The notes: generated from the letters alone by a model not told the origin. Shown: positions 15,962 through 22,664, counted from the stretch's first letter. The stretch: 24,000 bases of DNA from Roseateles sp. (GCA_019234295.1 JAFALK010000030.1:1-24000), one strand, 5' to 3'. Numbers and translations are program-made.

Positions 15962-16144
15962 GTCAATCAGGCGCCCGGTCCGCTCGGAACCGATGCGCCT
16001 GGGAGCAGGCGTCAGACGGTCGAGCAGTGAGCGGCCATCACGGCTCGCTTCAATTCACTGTAACAACTGGCACTGTCCACGCACGCGGCTCCGAAATTTT
16101 GATGGCCTCATTTTGGCACCGACGGTGCCTCGAAGTCAACAAAA

Positions 16145-16165
16145 TATAGTATCCGGGGGTATAGA
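16145..16165. promoter_or_regulatory. Second RcnR/CsoR-type operator-like site (AT-rich arms flanking a G5 tract)
   Basis: tatagtatccgggggtataga. The 12-mer GGGGTATAGAAC matches GGGGTATAGTAC on the minus strand of the rcnA-rcnR operator at 11 of 12 positions. Both sites are preceded on the + strand by AAGTCAA, 7-8 nt upstream of TA(C/G)TAT. Confidence 0.35.
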
Positions 16166-16477
16166 ACGTGAGCGACCTTTTATTCGCATGGACGCAACAT
16201 ACGTCGTGCCCGAAGCCAGCCCTCGTTCGCCTCGGCTCGGGGGCATTTCCGCTACTCGTGTCCCCTACTCAGACGCGCCCCCAAGCAACCGCGGCTCGGC
16301 CTGGTCCAACCGGCTGCCACCGAGAGCATCGAACGGCCCGGCGTCTCGCTTCATCAGGGTCGACCCGCTGCGAGCTATTTGCGCAGGCAGCGTCTTTACA
16401 CTGGAGGTCACTTCTACGCGAAGGGCGCCACCTTGCGCATACGCGACCGCGTCGCGGTCTAGTAGAATCACGATCAC

Positions 16478-16586
16478 TCCTCGGGGAGTAGCCGCTTCAG
16501 GCGCAACGCTTGAAGGCGCTCGTCAACATACTTGCCGATTGCATCGGCATGGCGTGCGCGGCAAATGCTTGGCAAGACCGATGGCA
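16478..16586 (+). promoter_or_regulatory. yybP-ykoY (Mn2+) riboswitch aptamer
   Basis: Conserved blocks are in the right order: GGGGAGUAG (16483-16491), GUCAACAUAC (16522-16531) and GGCAAGACC (16571-16579). Intervening hairpins are CGCUUCA/UGAAGGCG (16493-16518) and UUGCCG/CGGCAA (16532-16564). It aligns by eye to the L. lactis yoaB aptamer (GGGGAGUAGC...UUGACAUAC...AGCAAGACC). A -10-like TAGAAT lies at 16463-16468. Confidence 0.85.
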
Positions 16587-16637
16587 GATGTCCTTCCCAG
16601 GTCGGGGCGCGGGACTTTTTGCCATCGTGTTTTGATC
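16579..16637 (+). terminator. Riboswitch expression platform: terminator-like structure overlapping the 3' strand of aptamer P1
   Basis: Outer helix CGATGGCA (16579-16586) / TGCCATCG (16620-16627) encloses an inner hairpin GTCC..CCC aggtc GGG..GGAC (16590-16615). The inner hairpin is followed by TTTTT, and the outer helix by TGTTTTG. The 5' arm overlaps the CCGA that closes the aptamer, which is compatible with a Mn2+-ON antitermination design. Confidence 0.45.
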
Positions 16638-16661
16638 CATGCGCCCTGCCAAAGAGCTCTC

Positions 16662-17252
16662 ATGGAATCCTTCCTCGTCTCCACCAGCGTCGTTGGCCTG
16701 GCCGAAATCGGCGACAAGACGCAACTGCTTTCGCTGGTGCTCGCGGCCCGCTACCGCAAACCGATCCCCCTGATTCTTGGAATCTTCGTAGCGACGCTGG
16801 TGAATCACACCTGTTCGGGTGCGGTTGGCGCGTGGCTTGCGAACGTGATCGACCCAGGCGTTATGAACTGGGTGGTGGTCGCCTCGTTCGCCGTGATGGC
16901 CGTTTGGATAATGATCCCCGACAAGCTGGACGAAGCCGACTCGGCAATCACCCAGCGCGCCCTTGGCGTCTTTGGCACGACCGTGGTGACATTTTTCCTG
17001 GCTGAGATGGGCGACAAGACTCAGATCGTGACCGTGGCGCTTGCCGCGCGATTCCACGAAATCTGGGGCGTTGTTGCCGGTACAACCTTGGGCATGATGC
17101 TCGCCAACATACCCGTCGTCTATTTGGGAAACAGGTTCTCCGACAAGATGCCGACCAAGGCGGTCCACGTCCTCGCCGCGATCATCTTCATGGTGATGGG
17201 GGGGCTTGCACTGCGCGCTGCACTCTACCCACAGGCTGGGCCGCACTTCTGA
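16662..17252 (+). CDS. UPF0016 family (GDT1/TMEM165/MneA-type) putative Mn2+/Ca2+ exporter, 196 aa
   Basis: The real start is MESFLVSTSVVGLAEIGDKTQLL. The 430-aa track ORF 15960..17252 runs through the riboswitch and is an artefact. The two signature E-x-G-D-K-T motifs (EIGDKTQ and EMGDKTQ) each open a three-helix repeat. Confidence 0.9.
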   Translation: MESFLVSTSVVGLAEIGDKTQLLSLVLAARYRKPIPLILGIFVATLVNHTCSGAVGAWLANVIDPGVMNWVVVASFAVMAVWIMIPDKLDEADSAITQRALGVFGTTVVTFFLAEMGDKTQIVTVALAARFHEIWGVVAGTTLGMMLANIPVVYLGNRFSDKMPTKAVHVLAAIIFMVMGGLALRAALYPQAGPHF

Positions 17253-17556
17253 CGGGCAATCAACAGACGCCTGCTCGAAAGCGTCGGACCAGGCGATCCT
17301 AGGCCCGAGAAGGGACGGGCCGATCAGTCGTATTCCCGGCGACAGGTCAGCTCGACGTGTTCAGCGTTGGGCGGAACTGGAAGAGCGCCGACATTGAGGC
17401 GATGGGGGGTGAGCGGGTGCACGCAACCTAGGGTCAGCATCGATTCGGCGGCGCGCGGGTACGCAGGGCCCGCCAACCTGCGCAGTCGGCATCTCAAATC
17501 ACAAGCTCATGTGGCTGGGCGGCATTCGATCTGAAGCCGCATATCTTGCGCCGTCT

Positions 17557-18672
17557 TCACGCGGGCAAATGCCGCAAGCCCTCGATGCCGATGTACAGAC
17601 CGACTATCAGGATCAGCACACCCGAGAAGTAAGGTGCCTTGCGCGCGAAGTCCCCGAAACCGCTCCAGCGTTTCGAGACATGCTTGACGCTCAGCGCGGC
17701 CATGGCCCCGGAGCTCACCATCGTGATCGCGAGGCCAATGCTGAAACACAGCACCAGCGCCGCTCCCAGCGTGAATTGCTTGAGCTGGAGACACAGCAGC
17801 AGCACGGTGATCGAGGCTGGGCAAGGAATCAGACCGCCCGTGAGGCCGAAGATGATGATCTGCCCCGTCGTCACCTCGCGGTTGGCGAAGCGCCGCTTAA
17901 TGTCGTTGGCGTGCGCGCGCTCGTGGGCGTCCTGGTACTCGAGGTCGCCGACTTCGAGACCCTCGTGGGCATGCTCGTGCTCCTGGTAGACAAGGTCGAA
18001 GTGGTGGCGATGGCTGTGATGCCCGAGGCTCAGGCGGGCATCGAATTCGTGCGGTTCCGGAACTTCGTCGATCGACTCGACGAAGCCTTCGCGCTGGACG
18101 AAACGGAACACCTGGCTCGCGTCGTCGGCACGGGTAGTCGTGACCTCGACGTCGTCGGCGCCCCAGACCTGCCCCTTCTCGGTGTGGAGGCGGAAACGCG
18201 GCGGCACGCCGGTCTCAAAGATTTCGAGGCGGACAACGCCATGCCCGGTGTCGACGCGCTGGGGAGCGTCGCCGTGGTGATCGTGTCCGTGATCATGGTC
18301 ATGGTCATGGTCATGGTGGTGCGCCTCCGCATGCTGGTCGCGCCAGTTTCGCCAGAGCATCCACAGGGCTACGCCGACGATGAGAACGGCCGAGGCGACC
18401 TGGAAATAGGGCTCGGTGGCCTCGGCATTCCAGTTGCGACCGAAGTACAGCCCGGCGAGGGCCACGAGCCATACGACGGCCGTATGCGAGAGCGTGGCCG
18501 ACAGGCCCAGCAGCACCGCCTGCGTCAAGGTGCCACGGATCGCGACGATGAAGGCCGCCATCATGGTCTTGGAGTGGCCAGGCTCGAGCCCGTGCAATGC
18601 GCCGAGCAGGATCGCGCTGGGCACGAACAGCCATGCATTGCCCTGCTGCAGAAGGGTCGCAAATTCGGTCAT
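17557..18672 (-). CDS. rcnA: Nickel/cobalt efflux protein RcnA (NicO family) with enlarged His-rich loop
   Basis: I chose the start MTEFATLLQQGNAWLF (complement of 18670-18672), because the track start 18723 would overlap the operator. The sequence follows E. coli RcnA closely: LHGLEPGHSKT, a His/Asp run HHHDHDHDHDHGHDHH, YQDAHERAHANDIKRRF, FGLTGGLIPCPASITVLL, KRWSGF..APYFSG. Confidence 0.9.
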   Translation of the reverse strand: MTEFATLLQQGNAWLFVPSAILLGALHGLEPGHSKTMMAAFIVAIRGTLTQAVLLGLSATLSHTAVVWLVALAGLYFGRNWNAEATEPYFQVASAVLIVGVALWMLWRNWRDQHAEAHHHDHDHDHDHGHDHHGDAPQRVDTGHGVVRLEIFETGVPPRFRLHTEKGQVWGADDVEVTTTRADDASQVFRFVQREGFVESIDEVPEPHEFDARLSLGHHSHRHHFDLVYQEHEHAHEGLEVGDLEYQDAHERAHANDIKRRFANREVTTGQIIIFGLTGGLIPCPASITVLLLCLQLKQFTLGAALVLCFSIGLAITMVSSGAMAALSVKHVSKRWSGFGDFARKAPYFSGVLILIVGLYIGIEGLRHLPA

Positions 18673-18724
18673 GATGCGTCGCCGGGCGCGCCTTCGGGCG
18701 TGTCCGTTCAAGTCAATTTCCATG

Positions 18725-18739
18725 TACTATACCCCAGTA
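18725..18739. promoter_or_regulatory. RcnR-type operator in the rcnA-rcnR divergent region
   Basis: TACTATACCCCAGTA, which on the minus strand reads TACTGGGGTATAGTA. This is a TACT-N7-AGTA inverted repeat with a G/C tract, like the E. coli RcnR site TACT-G6-N-AGTA. It lies 17 nt before the rcnR ATG. Confidence 0.6.
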
Positions 18740-18755
18740 CCCTAAAAATACCTGT

Positions 18756-19037
18756 ATGACCCACACCGTCAAAGGCCAAAAGGGCCTTCTCACCCGCGTC
18801 CGGCGCATCAAAGGCCAGGCCGAAGCGCTCGAGCGCTTGATCGAATCCGGCGAAGACATGGAGTGCGGACGGGTGCTGCAGCAGATCGCTGCAATACGAG
18901 GTGCGGTGGCCGGGCTGATGGCAGAGGTCATCGAGGGGCATCTGCGCGAACACGTCGCGGCCGAGGGCATCTCGGCCGAACAAAGGCGCGGTGAGATCGA
19001 GGAGCTCGTGACGGTGCTGCGTACCTATCTGAAGTAG
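18756..19037 (+). CDS. rcnR: RcnR/CsoR/FrmR-family metal-responsive repressor (DUF156)
   Basis: 93 aa, MTHTVKGQKGLLTRVRRIKGQAEALERLIE... The family pattern R..RI.GQ...L is present. Ligand fingerprint positions are His3, Cys37, His62 and His66 (H-C-H-H), as in Ni/Co-sensing RcnR. The gene is divergent from rcnA. Confidence 0.9.
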   Translation: MTHTVKGQKGLLTRVRRIKGQAEALERLIESGEDMECGRVLQQIAAIRGAVAGLMAEVIEGHLREHVAAEGISAEQRRGEIEELVTVLRTYLK

Positions 19038-19356
19038 AAAGGTGCGCGCGCCGCCGAAAGCAATGGCAGCGCGCTGCGACTGGGCGGCCACCCGGACAGC
19101 ACGAGCGTCGCGTCTCGGCGCCTAGCCGCTCGAAGCGAATCTCTCAGATGGCTGGAGAGTCGGTTGCGTCGGCGGAAGTGCGTCAATCGCAAGCCGCCGC
19201 CTGCCTAGCCGTGCTCGATCGACTGGGATCTGGGGCACGGCCACCGGTCGCCGTGATCGGCGGCGATTGACGGGTTTCAAGAACTGCTGCAAATGCTGGT
19301 GCAGTCCACCTGCGCACGCTTGGTTTCGAACCGATCCTTCGTAATGGAGGTGGCTT

Positions 19357-19512
19357 TTGTTTGGCAGTACGCCGGACAGCGCCGCCCGGACGGTCGCCGA
19401 ATGCATAGCGCTTCTGCCAGAGATTGAGGCATGGTGGCAAACTCAGACGGCATCGAAACACATTGCCGTTTTGGTCCAAACGTTCGCTGGCCATCCGCGT
19501 GCAAGCGCCTAA
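19357..19512 (+). CDS. Doubtful small ORF (51 aa, TTG start)
   Basis: GGAGG (19346-19350) lies 6 nt before TTG 19357. My translation is (M)FGSTPDSAARTVAECIALLPEIEAWWQTQTASKHIAVLVQTFAGHPRASA. It is too short for the ORF track, sits in a lower-GC region with broken frames, and matches no family I recognise. Confidence 0.2.
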   Translation: MFGSTPDSAARTVAECIALLPEIEAWWQTQTASKHIAVLVQTFAGHPRASA

Positions 19513-19600
19513 CGGCGGCGGACTCTGATACCTGGCCGGTATGGTGCCGACTACGCTCAAACGGAGCAAGGCGGCTGAGTGGCCGAGTGAAAGGCGACCG

Positions 19601-21028
19601 ATGGATTTGAAATTCACCTCGCACGTTGACGTTTGGCGCGCGGTGCGCCCGTTGATCATCGGAATGGCCGCTTGGGTGCCGGCAGCCTGGGTGTCGGCCG
19701 CGCCGACCGAGCGAGCGACCCCCGAAGCAGTTCAAGCAATCGTGATCGACGCGCTTCGCCGCTACGAGGTTCCGGCAGCGTCGGTCGCAATCGTGGCTGG
19801 AGGTCGAATCATCCATGTCGCGGCCTATGGACAGGACAGGCTTGACCCGCCCCGATCCGCACAGCCATCGGCGCGCTATGCGATCGGCTCGATCACCAAG
19901 CAATTCGTCGCCGCAGCGCTGCTGCTGCTTCAAGAAGACGGCAAGCTAAGCCTCGACGACGAGGCCGGGCGTCACCTGAGCGGCCTGGGCAGCGCGTCAA
20001 AGGTGACGCTCCGGCAGTTGTTGTCACACACTGGCGGGGTGACGGAGTACATGCCGCAGGACTACGTCACCCCCAAGGAGCGTCAGCCGACCACAGCGAC
20101 CGATCTGGTCGCCGAGCTGGCCACGCACCCCCTCGACTTCGAGCCAGGCACACATTGGCAGTACAGCAACGGCGGCTACGTCATCGCAGGCCGTGTGGTC
20201 GAGCGGGTCAGTGGCCAGCCGCTGATCGACTTCCTGCGCTCGCGCATTTTCGCTCCCCTGGGAATGTCGACGGTGATCGATACCGATCCGGGTCTTGGCG
20301 CCGCCGATGCAGTGGGTACCACTCGTCGTGGCCTAGGCCCGATTAGGACGGCCAGCCGCTTCGGCCGAGGCTGGATGCAGGCGGCCGGAGGTTTGGCGAT
20401 GACCGCTGAAGATCTCGCGCGGTGGGCGCTGGCCATGATCGAGCGACGCCTGTTATCGGCCAGGTCGTGGCAGCAGCTTGCCACCGAGTCGCTGCTCGTG
20501 GACGGGACCCCCACCCGGTACGGGCTGGGCGTGACCGTCGGCCGGCGACATGGCCGCCTCGAAGTCGCTCACGACGGATCGATTCCAGGATACTTCGCGC
20601 TCTTGTCGGTGCACCCGACCCAAGCGTCGGCGGTGGTCGTGCTGACCAACCGCGATCATGGGGGCGCAGCGTCAGCCATCCAGGGTCAGTTGCGCGACCT
20701 TCTGCTGGAGTCAACGGCGACCGAAGATCCTTCACGGACTGCGCTAGACCTGCAGGTTCTCGAGGGCCTGATCAAAGGAACGATTGACCGCAAGAGGCTG
20801 TCGGCCAATGCTGCCGACTATTTCTCGCAGGAGGCGTTGGCCGACTTGGCCGCGGGCCTGGCGCCCCTGGGGCCAATCCGCAGCATGCGGCCAACCAACG
20901 GCGGAATCCTTGGTGGCATTGACTTTGTCGCGTACCAGATTCGGTTCGATTCCCGAACTCTCGTCGTCACCAGCCGACGACTGAGCGACGGCCGCATCGA
21001 GCAATTCACTGTCGACGCCGCTGACTGA
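19601..21028 (+). CDS. Serine hydrolase of the beta-lactamase / PBP4*-type (class C-like) family with C-terminal extension
   Basis: I prefer the start MDLKFTSHVDVWRAVRPLIIGMAAWVPAAWVSA (ATG 19601, aaagg upstream). Motifs are SxxK = YAIGSITKQF, YxN = WQYSNGGY, and a third box HDGSIPGY. About 120 aa follow the catalytic domain. Confidence 0.85.
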   Translation: MDLKFTSHVDVWRAVRPLIIGMAAWVPAAWVSAAPTERATPEAVQAIVIDALRRYEVPAASVAIVAGGRIIHVAAYGQDRLDPPRSAQPSARYAIGSITKQFVAAALLLLQEDGKLSLDDEAGRHLSGLGSASKVTLRQLLSHTGGVTEYMPQDYVTPKERQPTTATDLVAELATHPLDFEPGTHWQYSNGGYVIAGRVVERVSGQPLIDFLRSRIFAPLGMSTVIDTDPGLGAADAVGTTRRGLGPIRTASRFGRGWMQAAGGLAMTAEDLARWALAMIERRLLSARSWQQLATESLLVDGTPTRYGLGVTVGRRHGRLEVAHDGSIPGYFALLSVHPTQASAVVVLTNRDHGGAASAIQGQLRDLLLESTATEDPSRTALDLQVLEGLIKGTIDRKRLSANAADYFSQEALADLAAGLAPLGPIRSMRPTNGGILGGIDFVAYQIRFDSRTLVVTSRRLSDGRIEQFTVDAAD

Positions 21029-21066
21029 CCACACTGCGCTTCCGGACTGTGAGGTCTCGCTGCGGG

Positions 21067-21121
21067 GGCGGAGAGGCGGAGAGGCAGAGAGGCGGAGAGG
21101 CGGAGAGGCGGAGAGGCGGAG
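21067..21121. repeat. Tandem octamer repeat GGCGGAGA x7 (third copy GGCAGAGA, last copy lacks the final A)
   Basis: Read directly: ggcggaga ggcggaga ggcagaga ggcggaga ggcggaga ggcggaga ggcggag. It is followed by the complementary ttctccgtcactctcc, which can fold back on the last repeats. The repeat sits in the convergent intergenic region between the serine hydrolase and the LysR gene. Confidence 0.9.
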
Positions 21122-21229
21122 TTCTCCGTCACTCTCCGGCCGAGGCTGTGTGAGAACTCAAGCGTATTGGCAATTTTGAGGACGGTCTATCGACGCAACG
21201 CTAGGTTGTTTCGGAGTCCGGCGCTTCGA

Positions 21230-22147
21230 TCAGCGGACGTCCAACTGCGGTCCGAGTCGGCGCAACAGCAATGCGTGCGCCCAATCCATGAAGGCCTGCA
21301 CGCGCGCTGCGCGCTTTCGAGTGGTGGGCGTAACCAGGTGCAGTGGCAGCGACGGGCAGTTCCAACCGGGCAGGACACGGACCAATGCGCCGCTGCTCAA
21401 GTAGTGGCTCGCCACGAACTCGGCCAAGACGACGATGCCGAGCCCGTCCAAGCCTGCGCTGAGGGCAGCCGCACTGTCGGTCGTTACGAGGCGGGCTGGA
21501 ACTTCAAGCTCGGCCTTGTGTGCCCCTTTTGCCAGCATCACCGGCCGCAGCTTGCCAGTCGATGCGAGCACGTACCCGATCTGGTGGTGGCGAGAAAGTT
21601 CGTCCGGCGCGACCGGCAGTCCATGCTGCTCGATGTAGCGTGGTGCGGCGCACAGCACGAACCGCAGGTCACCGACGCGTCGCGCGGTCAACCTTGAGTC
21701 TGGCAGCGGGCCTCCACGCAGCGCGCAGTCAACGCCCTCATGAACGAGGTCGACCATGCGATCGGTGCAGCCCAGCTCAATCGTGATCCTTGGATAGCGA
21801 TCGAGAAAGCTGCGAATCTCGGGAGCAAACACCAGCCGACCCATTGCCACAGGCACATCGACACGTAGGTGCCCGGCCGGGGCACTGGTGCCCTTGCGCA
21901 GGAGAGTCTCGACCTCATCGACTTGCTGGAGGATGCTGCACGCATGTTGGTAATAGGCAAGGCCCTCTTCGGTCGGCAAGACCGACCGGGTGGTGCGCGT
22001 GAGCAGCCGCGTACCAAGCTTGTCTTCGAGCTGTTGGATCTGCTGGCTGACGGTGGCTTTGTGCAAGTCGAGCTGCTGGGCCGCCTTGGTGTAGCTGCCG
22101 CTGTCCAGAATCTGCACAAACGCCCGCATGGCATCAAATCTATCCAT
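21230..22147 (-). CDS. LysR-family transcriptional regulator
   Basis: The start is MDRFDAMRAFVQILDSGSYTKAAQQLDLHKATVSQQIQQLEDKLGTRLLTRTTR (ATG at complement of 22145-22147), carrying the canonical LysR wHTH. A C-terminal substrate-binding domain follows. The gene is divergent from the ABM gene. Confidence 0.9.
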   Translation of the reverse strand: MDRFDAMRAFVQILDSGSYTKAAQQLDLHKATVSQQIQQLEDKLGTRLLTRTTRSVLPTEEGLAYYQHACSILQQVDEVETLLRKGTSAPAGHLRVDVPVAMGRLVFAPEIRSFLDRYPRITIELGCTDRMVDLVHEGVDCALRGGPLPDSRLTARRVGDLRFVLCAAPRYIEQHGLPVAPDELSRHHQIGYVLASTGKLRPVMLAKGAHKAELEVPARLVTTDSAAALSAGLDGLGIVVLAEFVASHYLSSGALVRVLPGWNCPSLPLHLVTPTTRKRAARVQAFMDWAHALLLRRLGPQLDVR

Positions 22148-22271
22148 GGCATGCTCCAGTGGTGTTCTGGCATTGTCGTCGAACGCCAAACAGTGTGTTG
22201 CCCGCATCGGGCTATGCCGCGCTTCATGCGATTTCTATAGTGGAGGCACTCACCACCTCTGGAGTCATCGC

Positions 22272-22640
22272 ATGTTGAATCTACGCCCCCTCGACTCGGC
22301 TTTCCCCATCGAACAGCAATTGCACGTGCCGAGCAATCCGGTCGTCCTCGTCAACCTGTTCAGCGTCGCCGAAGCCGACATACCCGCACTCATGGCCGCC
22401 TGGACAACGGACGCAAACTGGATGAAGCAGCAGGCCGGATTTCTCTCTACTCAGCTGCATCGTGCCGTAGGAGGCAGCTGCATGTTCATGAACTACGCAA
22501 TGTGGGACTCGGTCGACAGCTTCCGCGCTGCGTTCACGCATCCGGACTTTGTAAGTGCGCTTGCTGCCTACCCGTCGAGCGCAGTCGCGCAGCCGCACCT
22601 GTTCACGAAAGTGGCGGTTCCAAACCTCTGCGCGGCCTGA
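22272..22640 (+). CDS. Antibiotic-biosynthesis-monooxygenase (ABM) domain protein
   Basis: ATG 22272 has ggag 8 nt upstream. VVLVNLFSVAEADIPALMAAWTTDANWMKQQAGFLSTQLHRAV..FMNYAMWDSVDSFRAAF matches the ferredoxin-like ABM pattern. Confidence 0.8.
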   Translation: MLNLRPLDSAFPIEQQLHVPSNPVVLVNLFSVAEADIPALMAAWTTDANWMKQQAGFLSTQLHRAVGGSCMFMNYAMWDSVDSFRAAFTHPDFVSALAAYPSSAVAQPHLFTKVAVPNLCAA

Positions 22641-22664
22641 TTTGACGAGTGAGAAGAAGTTCCC

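Noticed and set aside
15922-16061. 9-bp inverted repeat ACAGTGAAT (15922-15930) / ATTCACTGT (16053-16061)
   Set aside because: A rough expectation for a 9-bp inverted match within about 200 bp somewhere in 24 kb is several occurrences by chance. The arms do not extend, and no target-site duplication or MITE-like features are visible.
15960-16661. N-terminal 234 aa of the 430-aa + strand ORF 15960..17252
   Set aside because: Its composition is Arg/Ser/Pro-rich, and it runs straight through the yybP-ykoY aptamer and its terminator-like platform. The UPF0016 homology starts at ATG 16662.
17310-17430. 38-aa minus-strand frame MLTLGCVHPLTPHRLNVGALPVPPNAEHVELTCRREYD* between the convergent UPF0016 and rcnA genes
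   Set aside because: It is short, has no SD, and sits in a convergent terminator region. It may be a gene-end remnant but is not supportable.
17509-18759. 416-aa + strand ORF, and ORFs 17639..17989 and 18416..18745
   Set aside because: They are antisense shadows of rcnA. The His/Asp codon repeats of rcnA read as VMVMVMV on the opposite strand.
19318-19345. tRNA-like string ggtttcgaaccgatcc, a possible T-arm or att remnant
   Set aside because: The loop is too short for a T-loop (5 rather than 7 nt). No acceptor, D or anticodon arms can be drawn around it, and no integrase is nearby.
21067-21121. The octamer array as a CRISPR or coding repeat
   Set aside because: There are no spacers, since the units are directly tandem. 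The unit is far too short for CRISPR, and the overlapping ORF 20818..21132 is only the repeat translated.
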